13,541 nt of DNA from Myxococcales bacterium (GCA_038320275.1 JBBQEB010000105.1:1-13541), one strand, 5' to 3'. Positions 1 through 7,868 are shown, counted from the first letter of the stretch. Notes: generated by a model not told the origin, from the sequence alone. A program made the numbers and translations.

Positions 1-89
1 CCGCTGCTCCCTCCTCGTGTGCCCGGCTCGTCGACGGCATCGTGTGCCTCGCGACGGGCTCAGACCCCGTGGGCTCCGCTGGACCCGCG

Positions 90-896
90 CTACGGGCGGC
101 TCGGCGTCTTTTTCAGCTCCTGCATGACGAGCTGCAGGTCCTCCCACGCCTTCTTCTTCTCCGCCGGATTGCGAAGCAGGTACGCCGGGTGGAACGTGGG
201 CATGAGCTTCACGCCCGCGTACTCGCGCCAGCGGCCCCGCACCTTCGAGATGGGCGTCGGGTCCCGCAGCAGCGTCTGCACCGCGAAGCGCCCCAGCCCC
301 ACCAGGACTTTAGGGCGCAGGGCGGCGAGCTGGGCGGTGAGGAACGGCTCGCAGGCGGCGATCTCGTCCGGCTCTGGATCGCGGTTCCCTGGCGGGCGGC
401 ACTTCACCACGTTCGCGATGTAGACCTCCTCGCGGCGGTAGCCCATCGCCTCGATCATCTTCGTGAGGAGCGCGCCGGCCCTGCCGACGAACGGCTCGCC
501 CTGGAGGTCCTCGTCGGCGCCCGGCCCCTCGCCCACGAAGACGAGCTCTGCCGCGGGGCTTCCCACGCCGAAGACCACCTTCGTCCGCCCGCCCGCGAGC
601 TTGCATCGCGTGCACTCACCCAACGTCTCGCGCACCGCCAGGAGCTCCGGGCTGCCGCAGCCCTTGTCTCCCAGCCCGTAGCGCGAGGGCAGACTCTCCG
701 TCGCGGCGGACGGAACCGCAGGCGCGGGGGAGAGCGCGGGCGATGGAGTGGGGGCGGACAGCGCGGGCGGCGGAGCCCGGGCGGGCGAGACCACGGCCCT
801 CTCCACCGTCGTGACGCCGCTGTCGCGAAGCCAGACGAGCTGGCGCACCAGCTCGAGCGCGATCTCCGGTGCGTCCTCTCTCACCATGGCCTCCAT
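90..896 (-). CDS. Uracil-DNA glycosylase, family 4 (4Fe-4S type), with Pro/Ala-rich N-terminal extension
   Basis: Family-4 motifs in the translation: [39 protein letters not shown]. Start placed at ATG 896 (GGAG 5 nt upstream); ATG 887 is an alternative. The track start at 962 would overlap the divergent gene. Confidence 0.93.
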   Translation of the reverse strand: MEAMVREDAPEIALELVRQLVWLRDSGVTTVERAVVSPARAPPPALSAPTPSPALSPAPAVPSAATESLPSRYGLGDKGCGSPELLAVRETLGECTRCKLAGGRTKVVFGVGSPAAELVFVGEGPGADEDLQGEPFVGRAGALLTKMIEAMGYRREEVYIANVVKCRPPGNRDPEPDEIAACEPFLTAQLAALRPKVLVGLGRFAVQTLLRDPTPISKVRGRWREYAGVKLMPTFHPAYLLRNPAEKKKAWEDLQLVMQELKKTPSRP

Positions 897-913
897 GTGC
901 GCTCCGCACCCTG

Positions 914-943
914 TTGCCGCCCGGCAAAGAGCGCCCCTACGAT
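914..943 (+). promoter_or_regulatory. Putative sigma70 promoter (TTGCCG-N18-TACGAT) for the phospholipase C-like gene; the -35 is one arm of the palindrome TTGCCG-cc-CGGCAA (914-927)
   Basis: TTGCCG 914-919, TACGAT 938-943, ATG at 953; lies in the 56-bp divergent gap. Confidence 0.45.
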
Positions 944-952
944 GCCGGGCGC

Positions 953-1897
953 ATGCGTGCACGCCGACAACGCGCCCTTCGCCTCGCCTCCCTGGCGCTG
1001 CTCGCGCTGGCGGTGCTCGCCATCCCCGCCGCCGCGCAGGCCTGGGCGCCTCTCGCCCACCTCAGCTTCTCCACCCAGGCCATGGTGGCGGTCGGCGCCG
1101 CCCCCGCCGCCACCCGCGAGCTCCTCCAGGAATTCGCGCACGACTTCCTCTACGGCTCGCTCGCCGCCGACATCGTCGTCGGCAAGAACCTCGCCCGGTA
1201 CGTCCACCATTGTCACAACTGGCGCGTCGGCTTCGACGTCCAGCGCGCAGCGCGCACAGGGGCCGAGCGGGCCTTCGCGCTGGGCATCCTGGCACACCTC
1301 GCCGCCGACACCATCGCCCACAACTACTTCGTCCCGTACCAGACCGTCGCGTCCTTCCACCGCCCCCGCACCGGCCACCTCTACTGGGAGCTGCGCTATG
1401 ACCAGCGCATGGACCTCGGGCTGACCTGGATCGGCCGGGCCGTCTCCGACCGAAGCTGCCGCGGCCATGACGACTTCCTGTGCCGGAGCATGCCCCGCTC
1501 CTCGGTGCTCCCCTTCCCCCTCTCGCGCGGCCTGTTCGGCTCCATGCTGGCCTCGGCCCGGCACGCCCGCTTCCAGTCCGTCTCCCGCCTCGCGCTCGCC
1601 CGCCACCGTGCGCTCGTCCTCGACGACGATCTCGTCGCCGAGACGAACCGCCTCTCGGTAAGCGCCATCGTCGGCCTCCTGCACGAGGGCGAAGGCTGCC
1701 TCGCCGCCCGGGCCGATCCCACCGGCGCGCGCAACTTGCGCCTGGCTGCCCGGCTCCGGGGCTCGCTCCGGCGAAGCCACCGCCGCCTCCCGCTGGCGCT
1801 CGCCTCCGCCGTCACCCTGGAAGCCCGCGAGAGCTTCCGCCACGCCATCGCCGGGACGCTCGTCCTCCCGCGCGAGCTCGCGCGCCTGGCGGCGTAG
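953..1897 (+). CDS. Secreted zinc-dependent phospholipase C / S1-P1 nuclease-fold protein
   Basis: Signal peptide (basic MRARRQR, hydrophobic core, AQA) followed by mature N-terminal W-x4-H. Further candidate Zn ligands: [23 protein letters not shown]. Start ATG 953 preferred over 869. Confidence 0.8.
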   Translation: MRARRQRALRLASLALLALAVLAIPAAAQAWAPLAHLSFSTQAMVAVGAAPAATRELLQEFAHDFLYGSLAADIVVGKNLARYVHHCHNWRVGFDVQRAARTGAERAFALGILAHLAADTIAHNYFVPYQTVASFHRPRTGHLYWELRYDQRMDLGLTWIGRAVSDRSCRGHDDFLCRSMPRSSVLPFPLSRGLFGSMLASARHARFQSVSRLALARHRALVLDDDLVAETNRLSVSAIVGLLHEGEGCLAARADPTGARNLRLAARLRGSLRRSHRRLPLALASAVTLEARESFRHAIAGTLVLPRELARLAA

Positions 1898-1912
1898 CGG
1901 CCCCGGCGAGCA

Positions 1913-2185
1913 CGAGCCACGGCGAGCCGGGGGTCCACGGAGGCACGTTGCGCAGCCGCGGCGCTCGCGGGCACATGGGCGCCGAGGCGCGCCACGCGTG
2001 CCTCGCCCACGCGGCCCACTGTCCGAGAGAGCGTGCCATCGACGACGCCTCCTCCACCAGAGCCGGTAGCGAGCGAGTTTGGGCCGCGTGGCACACGCGA
2101 GCACCCAGGCGCGCGCCCCGGCCACGCGCTCACCCGCTCCCGCGGCGGAGCCGGGCCGCAGGGGACCCCCAGCCGCCGGGGCGAT
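1913..2185 (+). repeat. Interrupted copy of a ~72-bp hairpin repeat (arms 1913-1959 and 2155-2185)
   Basis: 1913-1959 matches the reverse complement of 9173-9219 at 46/47 nt. 2155-2185 matches the reverse complement of 9148-9177 with 2 mismatches and 1 indel. Confidence 0.9.
1960..2154. other. ~195-bp self-complementary insert within the repeat (possible MITE-like element or structured ncRNA/ssDNA module)
   Basis: Flanked by direct GCCGC (1955-1959 / 2155-2159). Perfect 12-bp inverted repeat CCACGCGGCCCA 2007-2018 / 2080-2091. Additional nested pairings 1955-1961/2140-2146, 1967-1971/2133-2137, 1998-2006/2097-2104 (one bulge). Confidence 0.6.
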
Positions 2186-2206
2186 TCGATCGCACGGGAC
2201 GAGCGG

Positions 2207-3430
2207 CTACCTCTCCTTCGGCCTCCGCTCCGCCAGCACCGGCGCCACCCAATCCAGGATGGCGTCCGCCACCTGGTCCTTCGTGCCCTCCAGCTTGGCG
2301 CGCTCGCCCGGCCCCACCAGCGTCACCCGGTTGCGCGCGCTCCCGAAGCCCGCGCCCGGCTTCCCCACCTCGTTCGCCACCACCAGGTCACAGCGCTTCG
2401 CCACGAGCTTCCTGCGCGCGTTCGCCACCACCGCGTCCGTCTCCGCCGCGAAGCCCACCAGGATCGGCGCGCGCTCGCGTCCCGCCCAGCGCTTGCCCAT
2501 GGCCGCCAGGATGTCCGGGGTGCGCGTCAGGACCAGCGGCTCGTCGTCGTCGGTCTTCTTTCGCTTGCTCGTCGCCGCCATCTTCGGCCGCCAGTCGGAG
2601 ACCGCCGCCGCCGCAACGAAGACGTCGAGGTCGTCCGCCGCGTCCTCCACCGCGCGCGCCATCTCCTCGGCCGTGACCACGCGCAGCGTGCGCAGGCCCG
2701 GCGGATCCGGGAGCTCCACCGGCCCCGAGATCAGCACCACCTCCGCCCCCCGCCGCGCCGCCGCCCGGGCCACCGCGTAGCCCATCCGGCCCGTCGACGG
2801 GTTGGAGAGGAAGCGCACCGGGTCGAGCGGCTCGCGCGTCGGGCCCGCCGTCACGACCACCTTCCTGCCCGCGAGGTCGCGCGGGCCCAGCAGACTCGCC
2901 GCCGCCGCCGCGATGTCGAGCGGGTCGGCCAGCCGTCCCTCCCCCACGTCGCCATCCGCGAGCTGCCCCGAGGCAGGCCCCACGAAGCTCCACCCGCGCC
3001 GGCCCAGCTCGCGCACGTTCTCCACCACGGCAGGGTTCCGCCACATGCGCGTGTTCATGGCCGGGGCCGCGAGGAGCGGGCAGGTGCAGGCGAGCGCAGT
3101 CGTCGTCACCGCGTCGTCCGCCATCCCCGCGCGCAGGCGCGCCAGCAGGTCCGCGGTGGCAGGAGCCACCACCAGGAGGTCGGCCGCGCGCGCGAGGGCC
3201 AGGTGGCCGTAGGTGCGATCCTCCTGCGGGTCGAGCAGCTCCACCAGCACCGGCGCGCCCGTGAGCGCCTGCAGCGTCAGCGGTCCCACGAACTTCGTCG
3301 CCGCGCGCGTCATCGCCACCCGCACCGTCGCGCCGCCCTTCACGAAGAGCCGGGCCACCTCGCAGGCCTTGTAAGCCGCGATGCCGCCCCCCACGCCCAG
3401 CACCACCGTGCGCCCGCCGAACTCGTTCAT
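2207..3430 (-). CDS. coaBC: Bifunctional phosphopantothenoylcysteine decarboxylase / phosphopantothenate-cysteine ligase
   Basis: GGIAAYKA, HLALARAAD, APATAD, PAMNTRMW, VTAGPTREPLDPVRFLSNPSTGRMG, AAAVSDWRP, VGFAAET, VVANEV; 407 aa. Confidence 0.97.
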   Translation of the reverse strand: MNEFGGRTVVLGVGGGIAAYKACEVARLFVKGGATVRVAMTRAATKFVGPLTLQALTGAPVLVELLDPQEDRTYGHLALARAADLLVVAPATADLLARLRAGMADDAVTTTALACTCPLLAAPAMNTRMWRNPAVVENVRELGRRGWSFVGPASGQLADGDVGEGRLADPLDIAAAAASLLGPRDLAGRKVVVTAGPTREPLDPVRFLSNPSTGRMGYAVARAAARRGAEVVLISGPVELPDPPGLRTLRVVTAEEMARAVEDAADDLDVFVAAAAVSDWRPKMAATSKRKKTDDDEPLVLTRTPDILAAMGKRWAGRERAPILVGFAAETDAVVANARRKLVAKRCDLVVANEVGKPGAGFGSARNRVTLVGPGERAKLEGTKDQVADAILDWVAPVLAERRPKER

Positions 3431-3563
3431 GGCTAGATTCTGGCTCCTACGGGTTCACTCGCCCTGCGGCACCCAGTCTACTGCGGCAGAGGGCCGAATG
3501 GTGCGCGTTGCCCACTTCGACTTCTCTGTCGTCTCGAGCTCTCCGGAGCGTTCCCCGCCTAAC

Positions 3564-3602
3564 GTCTACAGCCTAGACAGGTGTCTAGCGGCGCGCTAAC
3601 CT
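3564..3602 (+). promoter_or_regulatory. hicAB promoter (TAGACA-N17-TAACCT) overlapped by palindromic candidate operator(s)
   Basis: -35 TAGACA 3574-3579, -10 TAACCT 3597-3602, 17-bp spacer. Inverted repeats CTAGACA-GG-TGTCTAG (3573-3588) and GTCTA-N5-TAGAC (3564-3578). Confidence 0.7.
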
Positions 3603-3609
3603 AGCTCTC

Positions 3610-3813
3610 GTGACGGCTCGAGAAGTGCTCCAGAACATCGCGTCGAAGGGTGGCGAGGTGCTTCGACGAAAGGGCTCGCACGTGCGCGTCCGTGTCGGCG
3701 AGTGCTTCTCCACCGTGCCGGATCACGGCTCGCGGGACATTCCCCCGGGCACGCTCCGCGCCATCGAGCGCGATCTGGAGCCGGCGCTTGGCAAGGGCTG
3801 GCTTCGCAGGTAG
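3610..3813 (+). CDS. hicA: Type II toxin HicA (dsRBD-fold mRNA interferase)
   Basis: 67 aa, basic; R-KGSH catalytic motif and VPDH-x3-DIPPGTLRAI; directly upstream of a hicB-like gene. Confidence 0.92.
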   Translation: MTAREVLQNIASKGGEVLRRKGSHVRVRVGECFSTVPDHGSRDIPPGTLRAIERDLEPALGKGWLRR

Positions 3814-3828
3814 CTGGAGGGTTTCACC

Positions 3829-4218
3829 ATGGGCAAGTACGCGGTCACCTACGAAAAGGATGAATCGGGCTGGTGGCAGGCCCGCCTGCATGGGGTCGCG
3901 GGCGTCCATAGCGACGGCCGGACGGTGTCCGACGCCCGCGCCCGCGTACGTGAGGCCCTGGCGCTTGCCCTCGGCGATGCCGAAGCCGAGCGCTCCGAGC
4001 TCGTCGATGAGGTGAAGCTGCCCACCGAAATTCGCCGGCTCGTGGCGCGGGCCACCAGCGCACGCGCACGCCTGGAGCAGGTCAAGGCCGAGGCCCAGGA
4101 GAGCACGGTCGAGGCGGTGAGGACGCTTCGAGCGACGCTCGGGCTCTCCCGGCGCGACATCGCCGACCTGCTCGGCATCTCTCACCAGCGCGTGCAGCAA
4201 CTCGCTCGCGGGCGGTAG
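3829..4218 (+). CDS. hicB: Type II antitoxin HicB with C-terminal helix-turn-helix
   Basis: N-terminal HicB-type segment (YAVTYEKDESGWW...GVHSDGRTVSDARARVREAL), C-terminal HTH (LSRRDIADLLGISHQRVQQL); GGAGG RBS upstream of ATG 3829. Confidence 0.88.
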   Translation: MGKYAVTYEKDESGWWQARLHGVAGVHSDGRTVSDARARVREALALALGDAEAERSELVDEVKLPTEIRRLVARATSARARLEQVKAEAQESTVEAVRTLRATLGLSRRDIADLLGISHQRVQQLARGR

Positions 4219-4283
4219 TCGCCCCTCACGCCCCCCTTCCACACCCGCGGCCCGCGCTCGCCCGCCCGCCTATCTTGCAGGCC

Positions 4284-5285
4284 GTGGACAGACCCCTTTC
4301 CGAGCCCGGTCCGGAGGCCGGGGCGGCGACGCCCTCTCCCGAGGAGCCGCCGCCGCCCCGCAAGAGTGGGCTCGCCTTCTTCGGCGTGGTGCTGGCCCTC
4401 TTCGCGGTCCTCGGGACCCTGGCGCAGACGGCGAACCTGGCGCTCGGTCTCGCCTGGAGCCAGCTGTTCGCGCTCTTCCTGCCCGCGTGCATCGTCGCGG
4501 CAGGGTCCAACTTGCGGGTCCGCGAGGCGCTGCTCCTCGTCCGTCGCCCGTCCGCCGGAGCGCTCGCCGCCGCCGCCGGCGTCGGCCTGGGCGGCTTCGT
4601 GGGGAGCTCGGCGCTGCTCCTCGTCGTGAGCCTCCTCCTGCCCGCCCGGTGGCTCCAGACCTTCGACGTCTCGCGCCTCTTCGACGTGCCGCCGCTCCAG
4701 CGGGTGGCCATGTCGCTCGTCGCTTCGCTGGTGGCGCCGCTCTGCGAGGAGGTGGCGTTCCGCGGATGGATCCTCACCGCGCTCCGCACCCGCACCTCCA
4801 CCGCCCGCGCGGTGGGCTGGTCCGCGCTGCTCTTCGCCTTCATGCACCTCGATCCCGTGCGCTTCGCGCCGCTCGTCGGGCTCGGGGCGCTCTTCGGCTG
4901 GCTCACCTGGCGGGCCGGCTCGATCTGGCCGGCGGTGGTGGCCCACGCGACCAACAACGCGCTCGGGACGGTGCTGTGGGCGGCCGCGGCGTGGAGCGGC
5001 GCGGCCCCGAACGCCCCCACCAAGCCTTCGCCGGGCGAGGCGCTCGGGGCGGCCGCGGGCGCGATGGGGCTGGCGGTCCCGGTGCTCCTCCTCGCCACCT
5101 CGTCGTACCGGAGGGCGACGCCGCATCCGCCGCTGGCCGGCGCGGCGCTGGTGCGGCGCGACGCGCGCAGGTCCACCGAGTTCCGGCTGGCGTCGGTCCC
5201 GCACGCGCAGCGCGCGGCCATCGCAGCCGGGGCCGCGTCGCTCGCCGGGCTGGTGCTCCTCGGCTACCTCCAGCGCAAATCCTGA
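4284..5285 (+). CDS. CPBP (CAAX protease/Abi) family intramembrane glutamic endopeptidase
   Basis: Multiple hydrophobic segments; motifs EEVAFRG, FAFMH, HATNN. Start uncertain (TTG 4275 or GTG 4284). Confidence 0.9.
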   Translation: MDRPLSEPGPEAGAATPSPEEPPPPRKSGLAFFGVVLALFAVLGTLAQTANLALGLAWSQLFALFLPACIVAAGSNLRVREALLLVRRPSAGALAAAAGVGLGGFVGSSALLLVVSLLLPARWLQTFDVSRLFDVPPLQRVAMSLVASLVAPLCEEVAFRGWILTALRTRTSTARAVGWSALLFAFMHLDPVRFAPLVGLGALFGWLTWRAGSIWPAVVAHATNNALGTVLWAAAAWSGAAPNAPTKPSPGEALGAAAGAMGLAVPVLLLATSSYRRATPHPPLAGAALVRRDARRSTEFRLASVPHAQRAAIAAGAASLAGLVLLGYLQRKS

Positions 5286-5292
5286 GGTCGCC

Positions 5293-6507
5293 CTACGCAG
5301 CGCGGCGGAAGACCAGAACTTTGAGATAGCGCCCTTCCCGGAACTGGGGATTCACAGGGTGATCCGGCGGCTGGCGGCGCTCCTCCACGAGCTGCAGCGT
5401 CACCCGGGCCTTGAACGCCGCCTCCTTGACCGCGTCGTGGAACTCGTCCGCCGAGACGCGCGCGCTGCAGCTCGCGGTGACGAGCAGGCCCCCCGGGGCG
5501 AGCACAGCCAGCGCGGCGCGGTTGAGGGAGGCGTATCCGTCGAGCGCCGCCTCCACCGCCTTCTGCGTCTTCGCGAAGGCCGGGGGGTCGCACACCACGA
5601 GGTCGTAGCGGCGGCCTTCCCGCTTGGCGCCCGCGAGGTGGGCGAAGACGTCTTCGTCGTGAAAGGCGTGGGCCGCAGGATCGAGCCCGTTCTCGCGAAA
5701 ATTCTCGCGCGCGAGCTCGAGCGCACCGCCGTCCCGATCGACGCTCACCACGCGCCGCGCCCCGCCCAGTGCTGCCGCGATGGAGAAGCCCCCAGCGTAG
5801 GCGAAGAGGTTGAGCGCCTCACCTCGCCCGCGCGCGAGCTCGCGCACGAGGCGCCTGTTGTCGCGCTGATCGAGGAAGGTGCCCGTCTTCTGACCCCGCC
5901 GGACGTCGACCAGCATGCGCAGGCCGTGCTCGTCGATGGCGATGCGCTCGGGCGGCTCCGCGCCCCAGAGGACGCGCCCCTCCGGCGCCGATCCCTCGTC
6001 CTCCTCGTCGTGCGGGATCTCGTCCCGCCCGAACACGCCCAGGAGCCCCTCCGCCTGGCGGACCGCCTCCACGATGGCGCCGCGGTGGGGCGTGAGCCCC
6101 GCCGAATAGAGCTTCAGTACGGCCCACCGGTCGTAGCGGTCGGCCACCACGCCCGGGAGCCCGTCCGACTCGCCGTGAACCAGCCGGTAGCCGGTGGTGC
6201 CCCGGACGAGCTCGCGGCGCATGGCGAGCGCGCGCGCCACGCCGCGCCGCCAGAAGGCGCCGTCGATGGCCTCGGCCGGCTCGCGGGTGAGGACGCGCAC
6301 CGCGATGGCGGAGTGCGGGTCGTAGTAGCCGCGCGCGACGAAGCGGCCGCCCTCCAAGACGTCCACGATCGCGCCCGCCGGGAGCCCCCTGGGCGGGCGC
6401 TCCAGAGCCTTCTTGAACACCCAGGGGTGGCCGGCCCGAAGGTGCCGGGCGAGGTCCTTCTGCAGCGTGAGACTGGCCTCGGCGAGGCCCGGGATCGCGC
6501 CGCTCAT
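5293..6507 (-). CDS. rlmI: Class I SAM-dependent rRNA methyltransferase, RlmI/RlmK-like (PUA domain + MTase)
   Basis: GHPWVF PUA motif, RLVHGESDGLPG, GQKTG-FLDQRDNR, LNLFAYAGGFS, DLVVCDPPAF, TASCS. ATG 6507 overlaps the upstream TGA (ATGA). Confidence 0.88.
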   Translation of the reverse strand: MSGAIPGLAEASLTLQKDLARHLRAGHPWVFKKALERPPRGLPAGAIVDVLEGGRFVARGYYDPHSAIAVRVLTREPAEAIDGAFWRRGVARALAMRRELVRGTTGYRLVHGESDGLPGVVADRYDRWAVLKLYSAGLTPHRGAIVEAVRQAEGLLGVFGRDEIPHDEEDEGSAPEGRVLWGAEPPERIAIDEHGLRMLVDVRRGQKTGTFLDQRDNRRLVRELARGRGEALNLFAYAGGFSIAAALGGARRVVSVDRDGGALELARENFRENGLDPAAHAFHDEDVFAHLAGAKREGRRYDLVVCDPPAFAKTQKAVEAALDGYASLNRAALAVLAPGGLLVTASCSARVSADEFHDAVKEAAFKARVTLQLVEERRQPPDHPVNPQFREGRYLKVLVFRRAA

Positions 6508-7868
6508 CCTGCGCTCCGGTGCGGCGCGCGCTCGCCCTTGGCGCGCGCGAAGTTCCCCACCACCATCCCGGGCCGGGCCGCGCGCAGGCGGCGCACCAGC
6601 ACCGACATGCCGAGGGCGGGCCCGCGCCCGCCGCGCGCTCGGGCGAGGTCCATGTACACGTCGGGATCGATGGCCAAGGAGCGCGTCTGCACCTGATCGA
6701 CCTCCGACTCCGTCACGAGCGCGCACAGCCGCTCGATCTCCTCCTCGCGGTCGGTGACGCCCGGGAAGGTGAGCAGGTTCAACGCCAGGTAAGCCCCGCG
6801 CGCGGAGGCCACCGCGAGGCTTCGCCGCACGTCGGAGAGCCCGAACCCCACCGGACGGTAGTACGCCGAGTACAGGTCGTCGGAAGCGCTGTTGAGTGAT
6901 ACCCGGCAGGAGTCGAGCCCGGCGTCGAGCAGGGCCGCCAGCGCGTCGGGGAGGGAGCCGTTGGTGTTGGCGTGGATCGAGCCGCGGCGGGTGCGGGCCC
7001 GGATGAGCCGGATGGCCTTCGCGAGCTCGCGCCAGCGGAGGAGCGGCTCCCCCTCGCACCCCTGACCGAAGCTCACCACCACCCGGCCGCGGGCCGTCTC
7101 GAGGTGCTCCACCGCCAGCTCCGCCATGTCCTCGGCGCTGGGGGGGCGGGCGATGCGCTCGTGCGACGAAGGCGGCATGCCCTCCTGCGTCTCGGAGAGG
7201 CAGCCCACGCAGCGCGCGTTGCACGCCGCGGAGGACGGGATTGCTCCCTCGTCCCGCCCGTAGAAGGTGTTCTGCGCCGTGAAACAGCGCCACTCCAGCG
7301 CGCAGCGGGCGAGCCCATGCCACACCGGATTTTCCGTCGCGGCCAGCCTCGCCTCGACCAGGGGCCGGAGCTCCGGCGTGGAGTGATGGGCCGGGCTCCA
7401 GTGACCGCGCCGGTCGGTGTGCAGCGCGAACACGACGGGCCCGTCCTGCCCCAGGCCCGCCGCGGTGTAGGCCCACTGTGGCAGCACCGGCGCCTCGGCG
7501 ACGGGCAGCGGCGGCCGGGCGGCCGCCGGCAGGAGGGCCCGCGTCCAGCCGGGCGGGAGCGTCGCGCCCACCGCGTGCGGCACGAGCCGCTTCTTGCCCA
7601 CCCTCACCTCGTGAAGCACCACCGAGGCACCCGTGGCCGGCTCGATGCCCACGGGCCGCCGGCCGGGAAGCGTGCAGAGCACCGCGCCGGGCGGCAGCTC
7701 CGCGGCGCGCTCCCAGGGAAGCGCCACCGCGTCGCCGGATCGGGCCGCGGCGAGCAGAGTCGGGTGGTCGTAGACGACGCCCCCGTCGTCGGCGAAGAGC
7801 AGCCGCGGCCGGCTGGCCGTGGCGTCGAAGCGCGGGGCCAGGCGGTCTCGAGGGGTGTGGGCGGCCAT
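6504..7868 (-). CDS. Uncharacterised radical SAM protein with long N-terminal extension
   Basis: CNARCVGC (CxxxCxxC) preceded by EGAIPSS; SFGQGCEGEPL, NTNGS and RVSLNSA radical-SAM barrel motifs. ATG 7868 chosen because the longer ORF would overlap ald. Confidence 0.9.
   Translation of the reverse strand: MAAHTPRDRLAPRFDATASRPRLLFADDGGVVYDHPTLLAAARSGDAVALPWERAAELPPGAVLCTLPGRRPVGIEPATGASVVLHEVRVGKKRLVPHAVGATLPPGWTRALLPAAARPPLPVAEAPVLPQWAYTAAGLGQDGPVVFALHTDRRGHWSPAHHSTPELRPLVEARLAATENPVWHGLARCALEWRCFTAQNTFYGRDEGAIPSSAACNARCVGCLSETQEGMPPSSHERIARPPSAEDMAELAVEHLETARGRVVVSFGQGCEGEPLLRWRELAKAIRLIRARTRRGSIHANTNGSLPDALAALLDAGLDSCRVSLNSASDDLYSAYYRPVGFGLSDVRRSLAVASARGAYLALNLLTFPGVTDREEEIERLCALVTESEVDQVQTRSLAIDPDVYMDLARARGGRGPALGMSVLVRRLRAARPGMVVGNFARAKGERAPHRSAG

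Noticed and set aside
1..89. Possible start of a minus-strand gene at ATG 40 and a small hairpin at 54-70
   Set aside because: Too little sequence at the window edge to support either
1812..2133. Small ORFs crossing the 1898-2206 gap (1812..2096, 1396..2133, 881..2125)
   Set aside because: No recognisable domain, and they overlap the PLC-like gene; the gap is better explained by the repeat and insert
1913..2185. Interpretation as a CRISPR array, tRNA, integron attC site or known ribozyme
   Set aside because: No periodic repeat-spacer pattern, no cloverleaf, no RYYYAAC/GTTRRRY ends, and no hammerhead or HDV core that I could thread by eye
3461..3495. Short CTGCGGCA direct repeat and GCCCT/AGGGC arms, resembling part of the repeat element or a TA insertion boundary
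   Set aside because: 8-9 bp GC-rich matches are expected by chance
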